From positions 1-54,876 of the IMG/VR virus record IMGVR_UViG_3300035126_000263: a DNA stretch of 54,876 bases. One strand, 5' to 3'. The notes beneath the pieces were generated by a model. The model saw only the letters and a list, made by a program, of their open reading frames with translations, did not search any database and was not told the DNA's origin. This DNA is from a virus (Duplodnaviria; Caudoviricetes). Positions 1 through 7,117 of this stretch are shown here, one piece after another. Both the position numbers and the translations under genes were made by a program. Numbering within the stretch: position 1 is the first letter of the stretch; every line of letters starts with the position of its first letter.

Positions 1-127
1 GCCTTTTTTGCTTCATTTCGCGCCCAGTTCCCTATGTTGTCAAAATGACTTGCGTTTGCAATTTCGCTTAAAACTTCCCGCGCATCAATGAGCTGTTGCG
101 CGAATTTTTGATTTATGTGCGCGTTTA
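1..127. repeat. Terminal overlap identical to 54750-54876 (circular assembly)
   Basis: Exact 127-nt identity of first and last bases; an ORF reads across the join; 127 is a common assembler k-mer. Confidence 0.95.
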
Positions 128-608
128 TTTCTGCGCCCTTGTTTGCATCGCGCAAATGTTTCCTCGCCTCGTCGCGCTCCCTTACAAATCTGCGAGCGTC
201 GGCTTCTATTCCGTCAATACGATCATACCAAGAATCCGTTACTCGCTCTAAATTCTGCAAATAAGTTAGCGAATCAATAAAACCATCGGCGTGATTTTTA
301 TCAATCCATCGGTGTATCGAAGATAGTTCTTTTTGAGCCTCTTCTATTCGTTCTTCAAGTAGTCTAATTTCTCCAAGCGTTCCCTCGCAAATAAGATTTC
401 CATCCTCCCATAATCCAAGTTGTAATTTTAGATTTTTATTTTCCTCACGCGCCTCATCTCGCTCTTTGCAAAGTTTATTAACTTCCAGCATATTCTCTAC
501 TGCAAGCGTATCATATTTCTCTTTAAGTAATAGATAATCAGAATATGAAACATATTCTTCTCCACTCATTATGCGTTCATGCGTCATAAGGTTTGGTGTG
601 TCATTCAT
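1..608 (-). CDS. Hypothetical coiled-coil protein with ERDEAR repeats (~208 aa; continues across the circular join to a stop at 54731)
   Basis: Manual translation from ATG 608 (ATGA overlap with upstream stop): MNDTPNLMTHER...KERDEAREE...RERDEARKH...ALEGAK*; stop overlaps resolvase ATG 54734. Confidence 0.8.
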   Translation of the reverse strand, partial: MNDTPNLMTHERIMSGEEYVSYSDYLLLKEKYDTLAVENMLEVNKLCKERDEAREENKNLKLQLGLWEDGNLICEGTLGEIRLLEERIEEAQKELSSIHRWIDKNHADGFIDSLTYLQNLERVTDSWYDRIDGIEADARRFVRERDEARKHLRDANKGAEINAHINQKFAQQLIDAREVLSEIANASHFDNIGNWARNEAKK

Positions 609-799
609 GGAAGCATTGAATCAATATCTTGTATCTGTGTCAATACTTTTGTTTCAGAAAAGTATTGGTTCATAATCTTGAGTCCTTCGTTGTGATAGTT
701 CTCTGCGATACAATACCTTTCCTTGTCTTGAGCTTCCCAGATTGCGTTTGCTGCCTCCAAATACTTCAACGCTTTTCCGTATGCTTGGTCGATTGTCAT
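605..799 (-). CDS. Hypothetical protein
   Basis: 64-aa ORF translationally coupled to dnaB and to the next gene. Confidence 0.7.
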   Translation of the reverse strand: MTIDQAYGKALKYLEAANAIWEAQDKERYCIAENYHNEGLKIMNQYFSETKVLTQIQDIDSMLP

Positions 800-2031
800 T
801 AGTATACCTCCTCAAGTTTTGAGATGTCACCACGCATGATGATTTCCGTAGAATAGTTCCTCTGCCCACGGCGGTTCTTCTTGATCGTCAACCTACTCTT
901 TTCCTTGATGTGTTCGATATACACTACTTGGTCAGAGTGCATTCCGATTGCCCGTGATTCGCGGAGTCTTCCTTCGTCATTAAGCTGAGAAGCTGTGAGC
1001 ATAATCGAGTTATTCTTGAGTGCCGCCAGTTTTAAGCGCCTTGCAATCTCTGAAATCTGGCTTTCCCTACCTTCTTCACCATCAGATGAGATAATTTGGA
1101 GGTAATCTACGACAATTACATCTGCCCGTTTTTCCCCCGTATACCGATTTATATGGCATTCTATCTCGTCAATTTCGGCTACTCCATCCACGATTTCAAG
1201 GGGTAACTGGTGTAATTTCAACAATGCGGCACTGATTTTAGCAAGTTCGTCTTTGTTTGCTGTCTTGTAATCTTCCGGTTCTCTGATCGGATACCCTGCC
1301 AAGTTGCAAGCCATGCGAGTTAGGATGTCCTTCGCTTTCATCTCAAGGCTGAAGAACAGAACCGACTTACCTTCTTCAAGATTTGCGAGTGCCGCTTGGA
1401 CGAGATAGATAGATTTACCACCACCAGTCTCTGATGCTACTGTCATCATCTCGCCTTTGTGCATTCCACCCTTCAGCGCACGATCTACTTTGAGTAATCC
1501 AGTAGGAAAGAAATCCTTTACTGCTTTTCCTTCCATCTCGTCGATGATTTCGATGATGAGGTCTTTGACTGGTTTCACTTTCGTCGTCCGATCTTCGGCC
1601 AAGTTCATTATCGTTTCCGATAATTCCTTCAGATTTGCTTTGCCTGTCCGTAGGTTTACTTCTTCCTTCTCCATGAGAGTAAGAACATCGCGGTATGCCT
1701 TCGTGCGGTGCAGGTGTTTCCGGTAGTCATCTGCCATGTCTTGGCAAACCTTACCCGAAGCTACCTTCATCGTGCATAATGTGTCGTGGACAGATTCTTC
1801 ACCACCCGCCGCTTCCAACTGCCCAGTTGCTTCAAGCTCTGCAATCGTAGAAAACGGGCAGCAAGACCCTGTCCGCTGGTGAACCCCTTGTAGCGCATTA
1901 AAAACGATTCTGTTGGCTGGTATGGCGAAATAATCGCTATCCCATGTTTGTTGGGAAAGGATGTTTCTGTCGATTGCGATGAGCGACAACGCTGCCGCTT
2001 CACTCTTTCGTGCTATTGGGACTTTTTTCAT
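799..2031 (-). CDS. dnaB: Replicative DNA helicase, DnaB family
   Basis: Walker A ASETGGGKS, FSLEM, VIVVDYLQI, SQLN..GRLRES, KNRRG motifs; DnaB-like N-terminal domain. Confidence 0.93.
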   Translation of the reverse strand: MKKVPIARKSEAAALSLIAIDRNILSQQTWDSDYFAIPANRIVFNALQGVHQRTGSCCPFSTIAELEATGQLEAAGGEESVHDTLCTMKVASGKVCQDMADDYRKHLHRTKAYRDVLTLMEKEEVNLRTGKANLKELSETIMNLAEDRTTKVKPVKDLIIEIIDEMEGKAVKDFFPTGLLKVDRALKGGMHKGEMMTVASETGGGKSIYLVQAALANLEEGKSVLFFSLEMKAKDILTRMACNLAGYPIREPEDYKTANKDELAKISAALLKLHQLPLEIVDGVAEIDEIECHINRYTGEKRADVIVVDYLQIISSDGEEGRESQISEIARRLKLAALKNNSIMLTASQLNDEGRLRESRAIGMHSDQVVYIEHIKEKSRLTIKKNRRGQRNYSTEIIMRGDISKLEEVY

Positions 2032-2864
2032 TAGAATGAATTGTTGTTATGGAATTTGTCTGGGTTGATTATGTTTTTTGAGCGGATGACCCAATTGGCG
2101 AGAAAGCCCCTCGTATATTTTCGATCTGGACGTGATAGCAACCAAGTCTGTGCAGCCTTAACTTCGCGTTCCACGTCTTTGTCTGGATTGAGACGCTGGA
2201 GTTCAGCGATAAATTTTTCGTCAACTGGTTTTGATTCCCGCGATTTTTTATTTCGTGGGGGGGCGGACGGCATTGGGGGGGTCGTTCCTTTGCCATCGGC
2301 AGATTTCAGTTCGGCGGTAGCTGAACCCGAAGCGTGAGCTTCATTTGGGTTAGTCGGGAAAAGATTAGTTTGAGTTGAGGAATGTGAGGCCACTGCCGAA
2401 CTTTCCCTTGATGGTTCTATTTTCGGTTCATTATGATGGTTCATTATAGATGGTATGAACTGGTTCATAGGGCGGGTGGTATGAACTGGGTTAGAGGGGG
2501 ATGGTGTGAACTGATTCATACCATCACTTGTCCTGTGCTTGCTTTTTGGTATAGCCAAATAGATCACATCCTTCGTCAATTCATCATCGCCAACTTTGTT
2601 CAAATTGAGCTTGTAGGTATTCGATGTTCGCCGCCCAACTGGGCTGAATCTCTCCTCCGCTTCAACCAATCCAATCTTTTCAAAAGCATGAAGAAACTTC
2701 CTTGTCGTTTCCTCGGATATATTCGCTTTCTTGGCAATAGTCTTAATTGACGGGAAGCATACTCCCTCATCACTGCAAGTATCAGCTAAAGACAAAAGAA
2801 CCAACCTTGCGTTACCTTGGGTCTTACTACGCTCAAAGACCTCTGACATTATTCGGACGCTCAT
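2031..2864 (-). CDS. Phage replication initiator (N-terminal HTH, lambda O-like)
   Basis: ARLVLLSLAD...CFPSIKTIAKKANISEETTRK...RTSNTYKL HTH typical of phage replisome organizers; directly upstream of dnaB; internal iterons. Confidence 0.8.
   Translation of the reverse strand: MSVRIMSEVFERSKTQGNARLVLLSLADTCSDEGVCFPSIKTIAKKANISEETTRKFLHAFEKIGLVEAEERFSPVGRRTSNTYKLNLNKVGDDELTKDVIYLAIPKSKHRTSDGMNQFTPSPSNPVHTTRPMNQFIPSIMNHHNEPKIEPSRESSAVASHSSTQTNLFPTNPNEAHASGSATAELKSADGKGTTPPMPSAPPRNKKSRESKPVDEKFIAELQRLNPDKDVEREVKAAQTWLLSRPDRKYTRGFLANWVIRSKNIINPDKFHNNNSF
2410..2523. repeat. Putative replication origin iterons inside the initiator gene
   Basis: TGGTATGAACTGG at 2451 and 2477, TGGTGTGAACTGA at 2502, inverted copies (TATGAAC-TG-GTTCATA), GGTTCATTA repeats at ~2425 and ~2438. 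Confidence 0.65.
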
Positions 2865-3142
2865 TTTGATCCTTCCTGCCAGTTTGCATCTTCATTCAAT
2901 ACCCACTTTATGGCGTTATTCAGTTTTAAGAACCGAAGTCCAACCAATGTCATAAAAGCGTTGTGAGCTTGCGTCTCTGTAATGCCAATTATGTCGGCGA
3001 CAGATTTGATGTCTTTTGCGTCAAAGCCACCATCGTAATTATCAATGACTGCGAATACTTGCTTCTTCTTATCGTCGATGATCGACAATCTGATTATTTC
3101 CTTACGAACGAAGATGCCTCCGTTCTTTTCTAATGGGTTCAT
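2861..3142 (-). CDS. Small winged-helix DNA-binding protein
   Basis: DIKSVADIIGITETQAHNAFMTLVGLRFLK HTH-wing pattern; ATG 3142 preferred over 3223 because the upstream part is a structured leader. Confidence 0.6.
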   Translation of the reverse strand: MNPLEKNGGIFVRKEIIRLSIIDDKKKQVFAVIDNYDGGFDAKDIKSVADIIGITETQAHNAFMTLVGLRFLKLNNAIKWVLNEDANWQEGSK

Positions 3143-3290
3143 TTTATAAAAGGCGACCCCTTGTGGCAGCGGATAAAAGCGGCAACTGACGCATGAAGGT
3201 GGATTACCACCACAAGGGATCATATAGTTTGTTTGTTAATTTAATTTTATCCTATCCGGCCTTCACCCCGGATGTGCAATTTCTCGCACA
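3143..3290 (-). promoter_or_regulatory. Structured 5' leader (attenuator-like) of the replication operon
   Basis: Two 5' hairpins (GAAA tetraloop; GGUGAAGG loop) and a 12-bp stem 3221-3210/3166-3155 followed by U-run. Confidence 0.55.
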
Positions 3291-3295
3291 ACTGA

Positions 3296-3324
3296 AAACT
3301 ACTATAGGTTGTGTTCGATGTCAA
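3296..3324 (-). promoter_or_regulatory. Sigma70-type promoter
   Basis: TTGACA-17nt-TAGTTT on minus strand. Confidence 0.7.
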
Positions 3325-3350
3325 GCATCTTTTTTTATCGGTTACGATAA

Positions 3351-3719
3351 TCAGTCCAGCGTAACTCTACCAATTTCACCATTCGACCAGTCATACATTC
3401 TGTTATTGAGTAGTTCCCAAATTTGGTTAGCGTCTTCAGTGGATTCGCATTGATAGGTTGCGCGTTTCTCTCCAACGCCTGTATCGGTCACAACAATATC
3501 AAGTCGGATTATTATACTACTATCAGTTCCGGTGGCTACGATGATAGCGGTGTGGTCTGGTTTGATTGCCATCACAAGAATACCATCCTCGTTTTCGTAG
3601 GTAGCCATAAACGGGGTGTCCAATGCACCAGATAAAGATATGTTTGCTATCAAGACGGAATGCCTAATTGCTGTAATCAATTTTTGTGCTTTATCGTTCA
3701 TTTCGTTGGTGTTATCCAT
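3351..3719 (-). CDS. Hypothetical protein
   Basis: ORF track 3351-3737; ATG 3719 chosen because it lies just after a -10 box (leaderless). Confidence 0.7.
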   Translation of the reverse strand: MDNTNEMNDKAQKLITAIRHSVLIANISLSGALDTPFMATYENEDGILVMAIKPDHTAIIVATGTDSSIIIRLDIVVTDTGVGEKRATYQCESTEDANQIWELLNNRMYDWSNGEIGRVTLD

Positions 3720-3727
3720 AAGCAACC

Positions 3728-3773
3728 AAAGTATCAAAAAAGTATTGACTTGTCAATAGTCTTGGTTTATTTT
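3728..3773. promoter_or_regulatory. Divergent sigma70 promoter pair with abutting -35 boxes
   Basis: Plus: TTGACT(3745)-17-TATTTT(3768). Minus: TTGACA(3756)-17-TACTTT(3733). The -35s form the palindrome TATTGAC-TT-GTCAATA. Confidence 0.7.
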
Positions 3774-3775
3774 TT

Positions 3776-4114
3776 ATGCAAATGAAACATCCATTAGAAA
3801 CTGCTTATGAATCCTGCATGAGTGCCTACGAGCAATCACGCACGATCCGTTCTCTTGGACGAAAGACTTTCGCCAGCCAGCTTCGTGAAACAAGGAGATT
3901 GCTGAAATTGACTGTCCGTGAACTTGGAGATAAGATCGGCGTTACAGGATCACTGGTCAACCAGATTGAAGTAAACTCCAAGAGTATCCTAAAGAAAGAA
4001 CAAGTCGAAAAAGTAATCGCCCTATGCTACAAAGAAAAACGCCCCTACAGGCAAAAACAGGATTTAAAAAGCGAGGCGGAAAGCTCAGAGCAGTCTCAAG
4101 CTCCCGAAGAGTAA
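3776..4114 (+). CDS. XRE/Cro-family HTH transcriptional regulator
   Basis: QLRETRRLLKLTVRELGDKIGVTGSLVNQIE classic HTH_3 pattern; start may be ATG 3782. Confidence 0.8.
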   Translation: MQMKHPLETAYESCMSAYEQSRTIRSLGRKTFASQLRETRRLLKLTVRELGDKIGVTGSLVNQIEVNSKSILKKEQVEKVIALCYKEKRPYRQKQDLKSEAESSEQSQAPEE

Positions 4115-4341
4115 AGAATGCCGACTACGAAAAAGTTAAAGCAGAATACTTTGAAGAAAAAAACTACCAGTGTGAGATATGTAATGGGCAAGGCACAGAC
4201 CTTCACCATAAGAAAGGAAGGGGCAAGTTCTTATGTGACAAGTCCTCATTCATGGTTCTTTGCCGCCCCTGCCACAATCGCTGCCACCACGAAGTAGGAT
4301 GGGCAAGAGAGAATGGATATATAATTTATGACTACAAATAA
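4024..4341 (+). CDS. Small HNH/Zn-finger nuclease-like protein
   Basis: CEIC...DLHHKKGRG...LCRPCHNRCH; basic N-terminus RKTPL. Confidence 0.7.
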   Translation: MLQRKTPLQAKTGFKKRGGKLRAVSSSRRVKNADYEKVKAEYFEEKNYQCEICNGQGTDLHHKKGRGKFLCDKSSFMVLCRPCHNRCHHEVGWARENGYIIYDYK

Positions 4342-4555
4342 TACGTTTGAATCCCGCATCATCTGCGAGGGAACTGAAGTAACCAATACACCAGAGAAGA
4401 TTCTGTTTCGTCAGAAGTTCAATCAATGTTGGGTGAAGAAAAGCGACATCCGACTGCATGAAACCATTGGACATCTTGACGGAGAGAAGATGATCCGTAT
4501 TGTAGTTCCAGAAGAAGTAGCGAATACTTTGGAACTTGAAGGAATTCTTGATTGA
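4328..4555 (+). CDS. Hypothetical protein
   Basis: 75-aa ORF overlapping the previous stop. Confidence 0.65.
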   Translation: MTTNNTFESRIICEGTEVTNTPEKILFRQKFNQCWVKKSDIRLHETIGHLDGEKMIRIVVPEEVANTLELEGILD

Positions 4556-4564
4556 TCTTTGAAA

Positions 4565-4835
4565 CAATTTGTCACGTTCTTTTGCCAGACGAACGTATTC
4601 ATCCAATTCGGATTGGGCATTCCCGACGAGATAGTAGATGTAGAAAAGCGCACAATGGCAACATGGATGGCCAAGGGACATCAATTGTGCGGCGTGACAA
4701 TAACTTTACTGGGAAGCATGGAGTCATGCAGCTAACTGCGAGCTTTGAAGTAGTCTTGTGTAAAGTGGCAAAAAGAGCCAAACGGCAATACATGGGGCCG
4801 TAACTAAAACCATGACCAAGAGTAACGCCTTGGCC
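4565..4835 (+). ncRNA. Candidate structured non-coding RNA
   Basis: Nested stems 4569-4578/4691-4700, 4650-4656/4684-4690, 4703-4709/4760-4766 plus at least 5 local hairpins; G-U pairs favour the plus strand. Confidence 0.55.
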
Positions 4836-4840
4836 CAGTA

Positions 4841-6715
4841 TTACCAATCTCCGTTATCGTCTGATCCGTAGTCATCGTCTTGAGTGGTATCAATTGATAC
4901 CTCATCCCGCGCCCAGAATCGGTTAGTTGGAACTGGTTTATCGTTACCGATAAAAACAAGTCCATTACGCCGCGCCATTTCGAGGGCATAGATTAAGCTA
5001 TCACTCAAGTCGGGCGAGTATCCCGTTCTTCCTTTAAGCTCATCTTTAGTCTCAATAGCAATCTTCTTGGACTTGATCGTGTATCGGCGCAGGCAAAGTT
5101 CCCGCGCCAAATCTGAAGCAGGATCAATCCCAAAGATAACGCGACTCTTAAAGGCGTGATAGGCCGAGTAGTAGTATTCAGACACAAGCCTATCGTAAAC
5201 ATCCTTACACGGGCGTTTATCAACCTCTGCCGCGATTCGGTCAGTAGGTTTACCCATAGATGAGATAAGAGCGATAGCGGCCCCAGAAGCGTCAAAACGT
5301 AGCCACTCACGAATGATAGCTTGCCCAACTCGCCCACCATCACCGGACACGTCCATACCAAACTTAGATGGCTGAACGCCAGCCGCGCGGCACAACTCAA
5401 CAACTTCAGTAGCAAGTTGGATTTCAAACTCGGCAGCGGCATTAGCAGATAGTTGAATTACCTTCTGACTTTCCAACCACATAACACGATTGCGAGTTCC
5501 GCGCACGAACCCAAGTTTAGCGATAGTAAGAACGCATCTGTCGCCGCCAATTGTAAATGCGGTGTCAAAGCCAGCCACCTTAGTAAAGCCCTCGGAATCC
5601 CATAATGGTTCTTCGTTGGTATCAGCATTACGAATCAAATCAGCAGTAAGAATGGTCTGAGCGAATCCAGATTTTGGCCACCAACCGATAGCGTTACGCA
5701 CATAGTCAATTGCATTCTCGTCTCCATAACACAACTTGAGCATTTCCTGTTGCTTCTCCCGATCCATAAGGAATGGAAATGGAGATGGTTCATTTGGAGG
5801 CGCGGCGAAGTTTGGGCTACGCATACCGTTGTAGAACAAGCAAACGCCAGTCTCGGTTTCCCACTTATCCATATCTGGACTGACTGAATCAAAGTTAGAG
5901 CAACCTTTAGGCATAGCCCAACGGGTATGTGGGTTATCTCCAGCGGATGGGTTTCCAATACCTATGAATGTCTTGTCATTGTTTGATGCTAAGTTGGTTC
6001 TTGCAGTAATCGCGCCCAGTTCCATTTCGGGTAACTCATCAAGTGCAAGGCGAACTCGATCATTCTTACGACCACGGGTGGTATCAATAGCTTTCTGACC
6101 TTCATTACCTGATTGAAATGCGAGAGCTTTAATAGCATTTCGGTAGTCTTTATCCTCATCGTTAGACGCGCCACCCCATACAATCATATGACGATAGTCG
6201 ATGAGTTTACCTATTTGAACGCGAGCGCATTTATAAAGTTTGGAGATGATACCCCAGATACGATCTTCGGATGCACCCAAAGTGGTAGTGGCTACCCAAG
6301 ATGAAGTGCAATGCGGGGCAGAACACCAATCAAGATAGACCCAAAGACCAACTGGAAAACTTTTTCCCATCGAAGCGGCTCCGGCCAAACAGATGTCAGT
6401 ATTACTACAAAGTTCATCGAGGGTTCTCAGCAATTGGGTATTGGTATAACCACGATTGACAATAGAAACTTCAGTTGGCCATTGGAGCTTAACTGCATTT
6501 ATAAAATGCTCAGATGGGGAAAGTAGTTTAAAATCTGAAAGATTTATATTTTTCCTAACACAATAAGTTCTACCATATTGCCCTCTGCTTATTGCATAGC
6601 AAAACAACTCAATACCAAGATCGTCCATGTTTTCTGGAAATTGCATTCCGTAACGACGAATACCTTTGTTTGAAGAAAAAACTCTTGACATATCAATAGG
6701 AAAATATATTTTCAT
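4841..6715 (-). CDS. terL: Terminase large subunit
   Basis: Walker A LAGAASMGKS, Walker B LALDE, GIGNP motif, RNase H-like nuclease AGFDTAF.GGDRCV and SPDLSDSL; start may be ATG 6691. Confidence 0.88.
   Translation of the reverse strand: MKIYFPIDMSRVFSSNKGIRRYGMQFPENMDDLGIELFCYAISRGQYGRTYCVRKNINLSDFKLLSPSEHFINAVKLQWPTEVSIVNRGYTNTQLLRTLDELCSNTDICLAGAASMGKSFPVGLWVYLDWCSAPHCTSSWVATTTLGASEDRIWGIISKLYKCARVQIGKLIDYRHMIVWGGASNDEDKDYRNAIKALAFQSGNEGQKAIDTTRGRKNDRVRLALDELPEMELGAITARTNLASNNDKTFIGIGNPSAGDNPHTRWAMPKGCSNFDSVSPDMDKWETETGVCLFYNGMRSPNFAAPPNEPSPFPFLMDREKQQEMLKLCYGDENAIDYVRNAIGWWPKSGFAQTILTADLIRNADTNEEPLWDSEGFTKVAGFDTAFTIGGDRCVLTIAKLGFVRGTRNRVMWLESQKVIQLSANAAAEFEIQLATEVVELCRAAGVQPSKFGMDVSGDGGRVGQAIIREWLRFDASGAAIALISSMGKPTDRIAAEVDKRPCKDVYDRLVSEYYYSAYHAFKSRVIFGIDPASDLARELCLRRYTIKSKKIAIETKDELKGRTGYSPDLSDSLIYALEMARRNGLVFIGNDKPVPTNRFWARDEVSIDTTQDDDYGSDDNGDW
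6685..6712 (+). promoter_or_regulatory. Sigma70-type promoter for the head operon
   Basis: TTGACA-16nt-TATTTT upstream of ATG 6728, overlapping the terL 5' end. Confidence 0.55.
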
Positions 6716-6727
6716 TTCAAAAGCAAG

Positions 6728-7105
6728 ATGAAACTAAAAAACAAAAACCTCGCACCAATCGGCGGCTGGTTCTGGAAATACGAAATCAAGCGCGATAAAC
6801 TCACATTCCCTGCAATTGTTCATGGTAGCACATGGAATTCCTTGATAAAAAATATCGAGAAAGACTATCGCTCAAATAACATCGAACTTCCTACTAACAT
6901 CGAAGAGATGGTTGAAGATCAAATCTGCCAGCGTCAACCAAGTGATCGTTGCTGGTATAGTGATGGACTTGGAGACAAGATCGCTCAAGCCATCCATACA
7001 GTTGCAGCGGTAACTGACAAAGTTTTGAAAACTAAACTTGAACAGAAAGCTAAAATATGTCCTTCATGCAATAAACGTAGGGCCGTATTGAATAAATTAT
7101 CCTAA
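6728..7105 (+). CDS. Hypothetical Cys-containing phage protein
   Basis: QICQRQPSDRC and GLGD...CPSCNKRRAVLN motifs. Confidence 0.75.
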   Translation: MKLKNKNLAPIGGWFWKYEIKRDKLTFPAIVHGSTWNSLIKNIEKDYRSNNIELPTNIEEMVEDQICQRQPSDRCWYSDGLGDKIAQAIHTVAAVTDKVLKTKLEQKAKICPSCNKRRAVLNKLS

Positions 7106-7117
7106 AAGATAAAACAT

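Noticed and set aside
1-127. Biological direct terminal repeat
   Set aside because: Length equals a common assembler k-mer and it falls mid-ORF; treated as circular assembly overlap
4794-4816. tmRNA-like 5' end GGGGCCGTAA
   Set aside because: No GG.TTCGAC D-loop region and no T-arm or CCA end nearby
4552-4847. ORFs 4552-4803 (+) and 4599-4847 (-) as genes
   Set aside because: Weak starts and atypical composition; dense base-pairing is better explained by an RNA, though coding is not fully excluded
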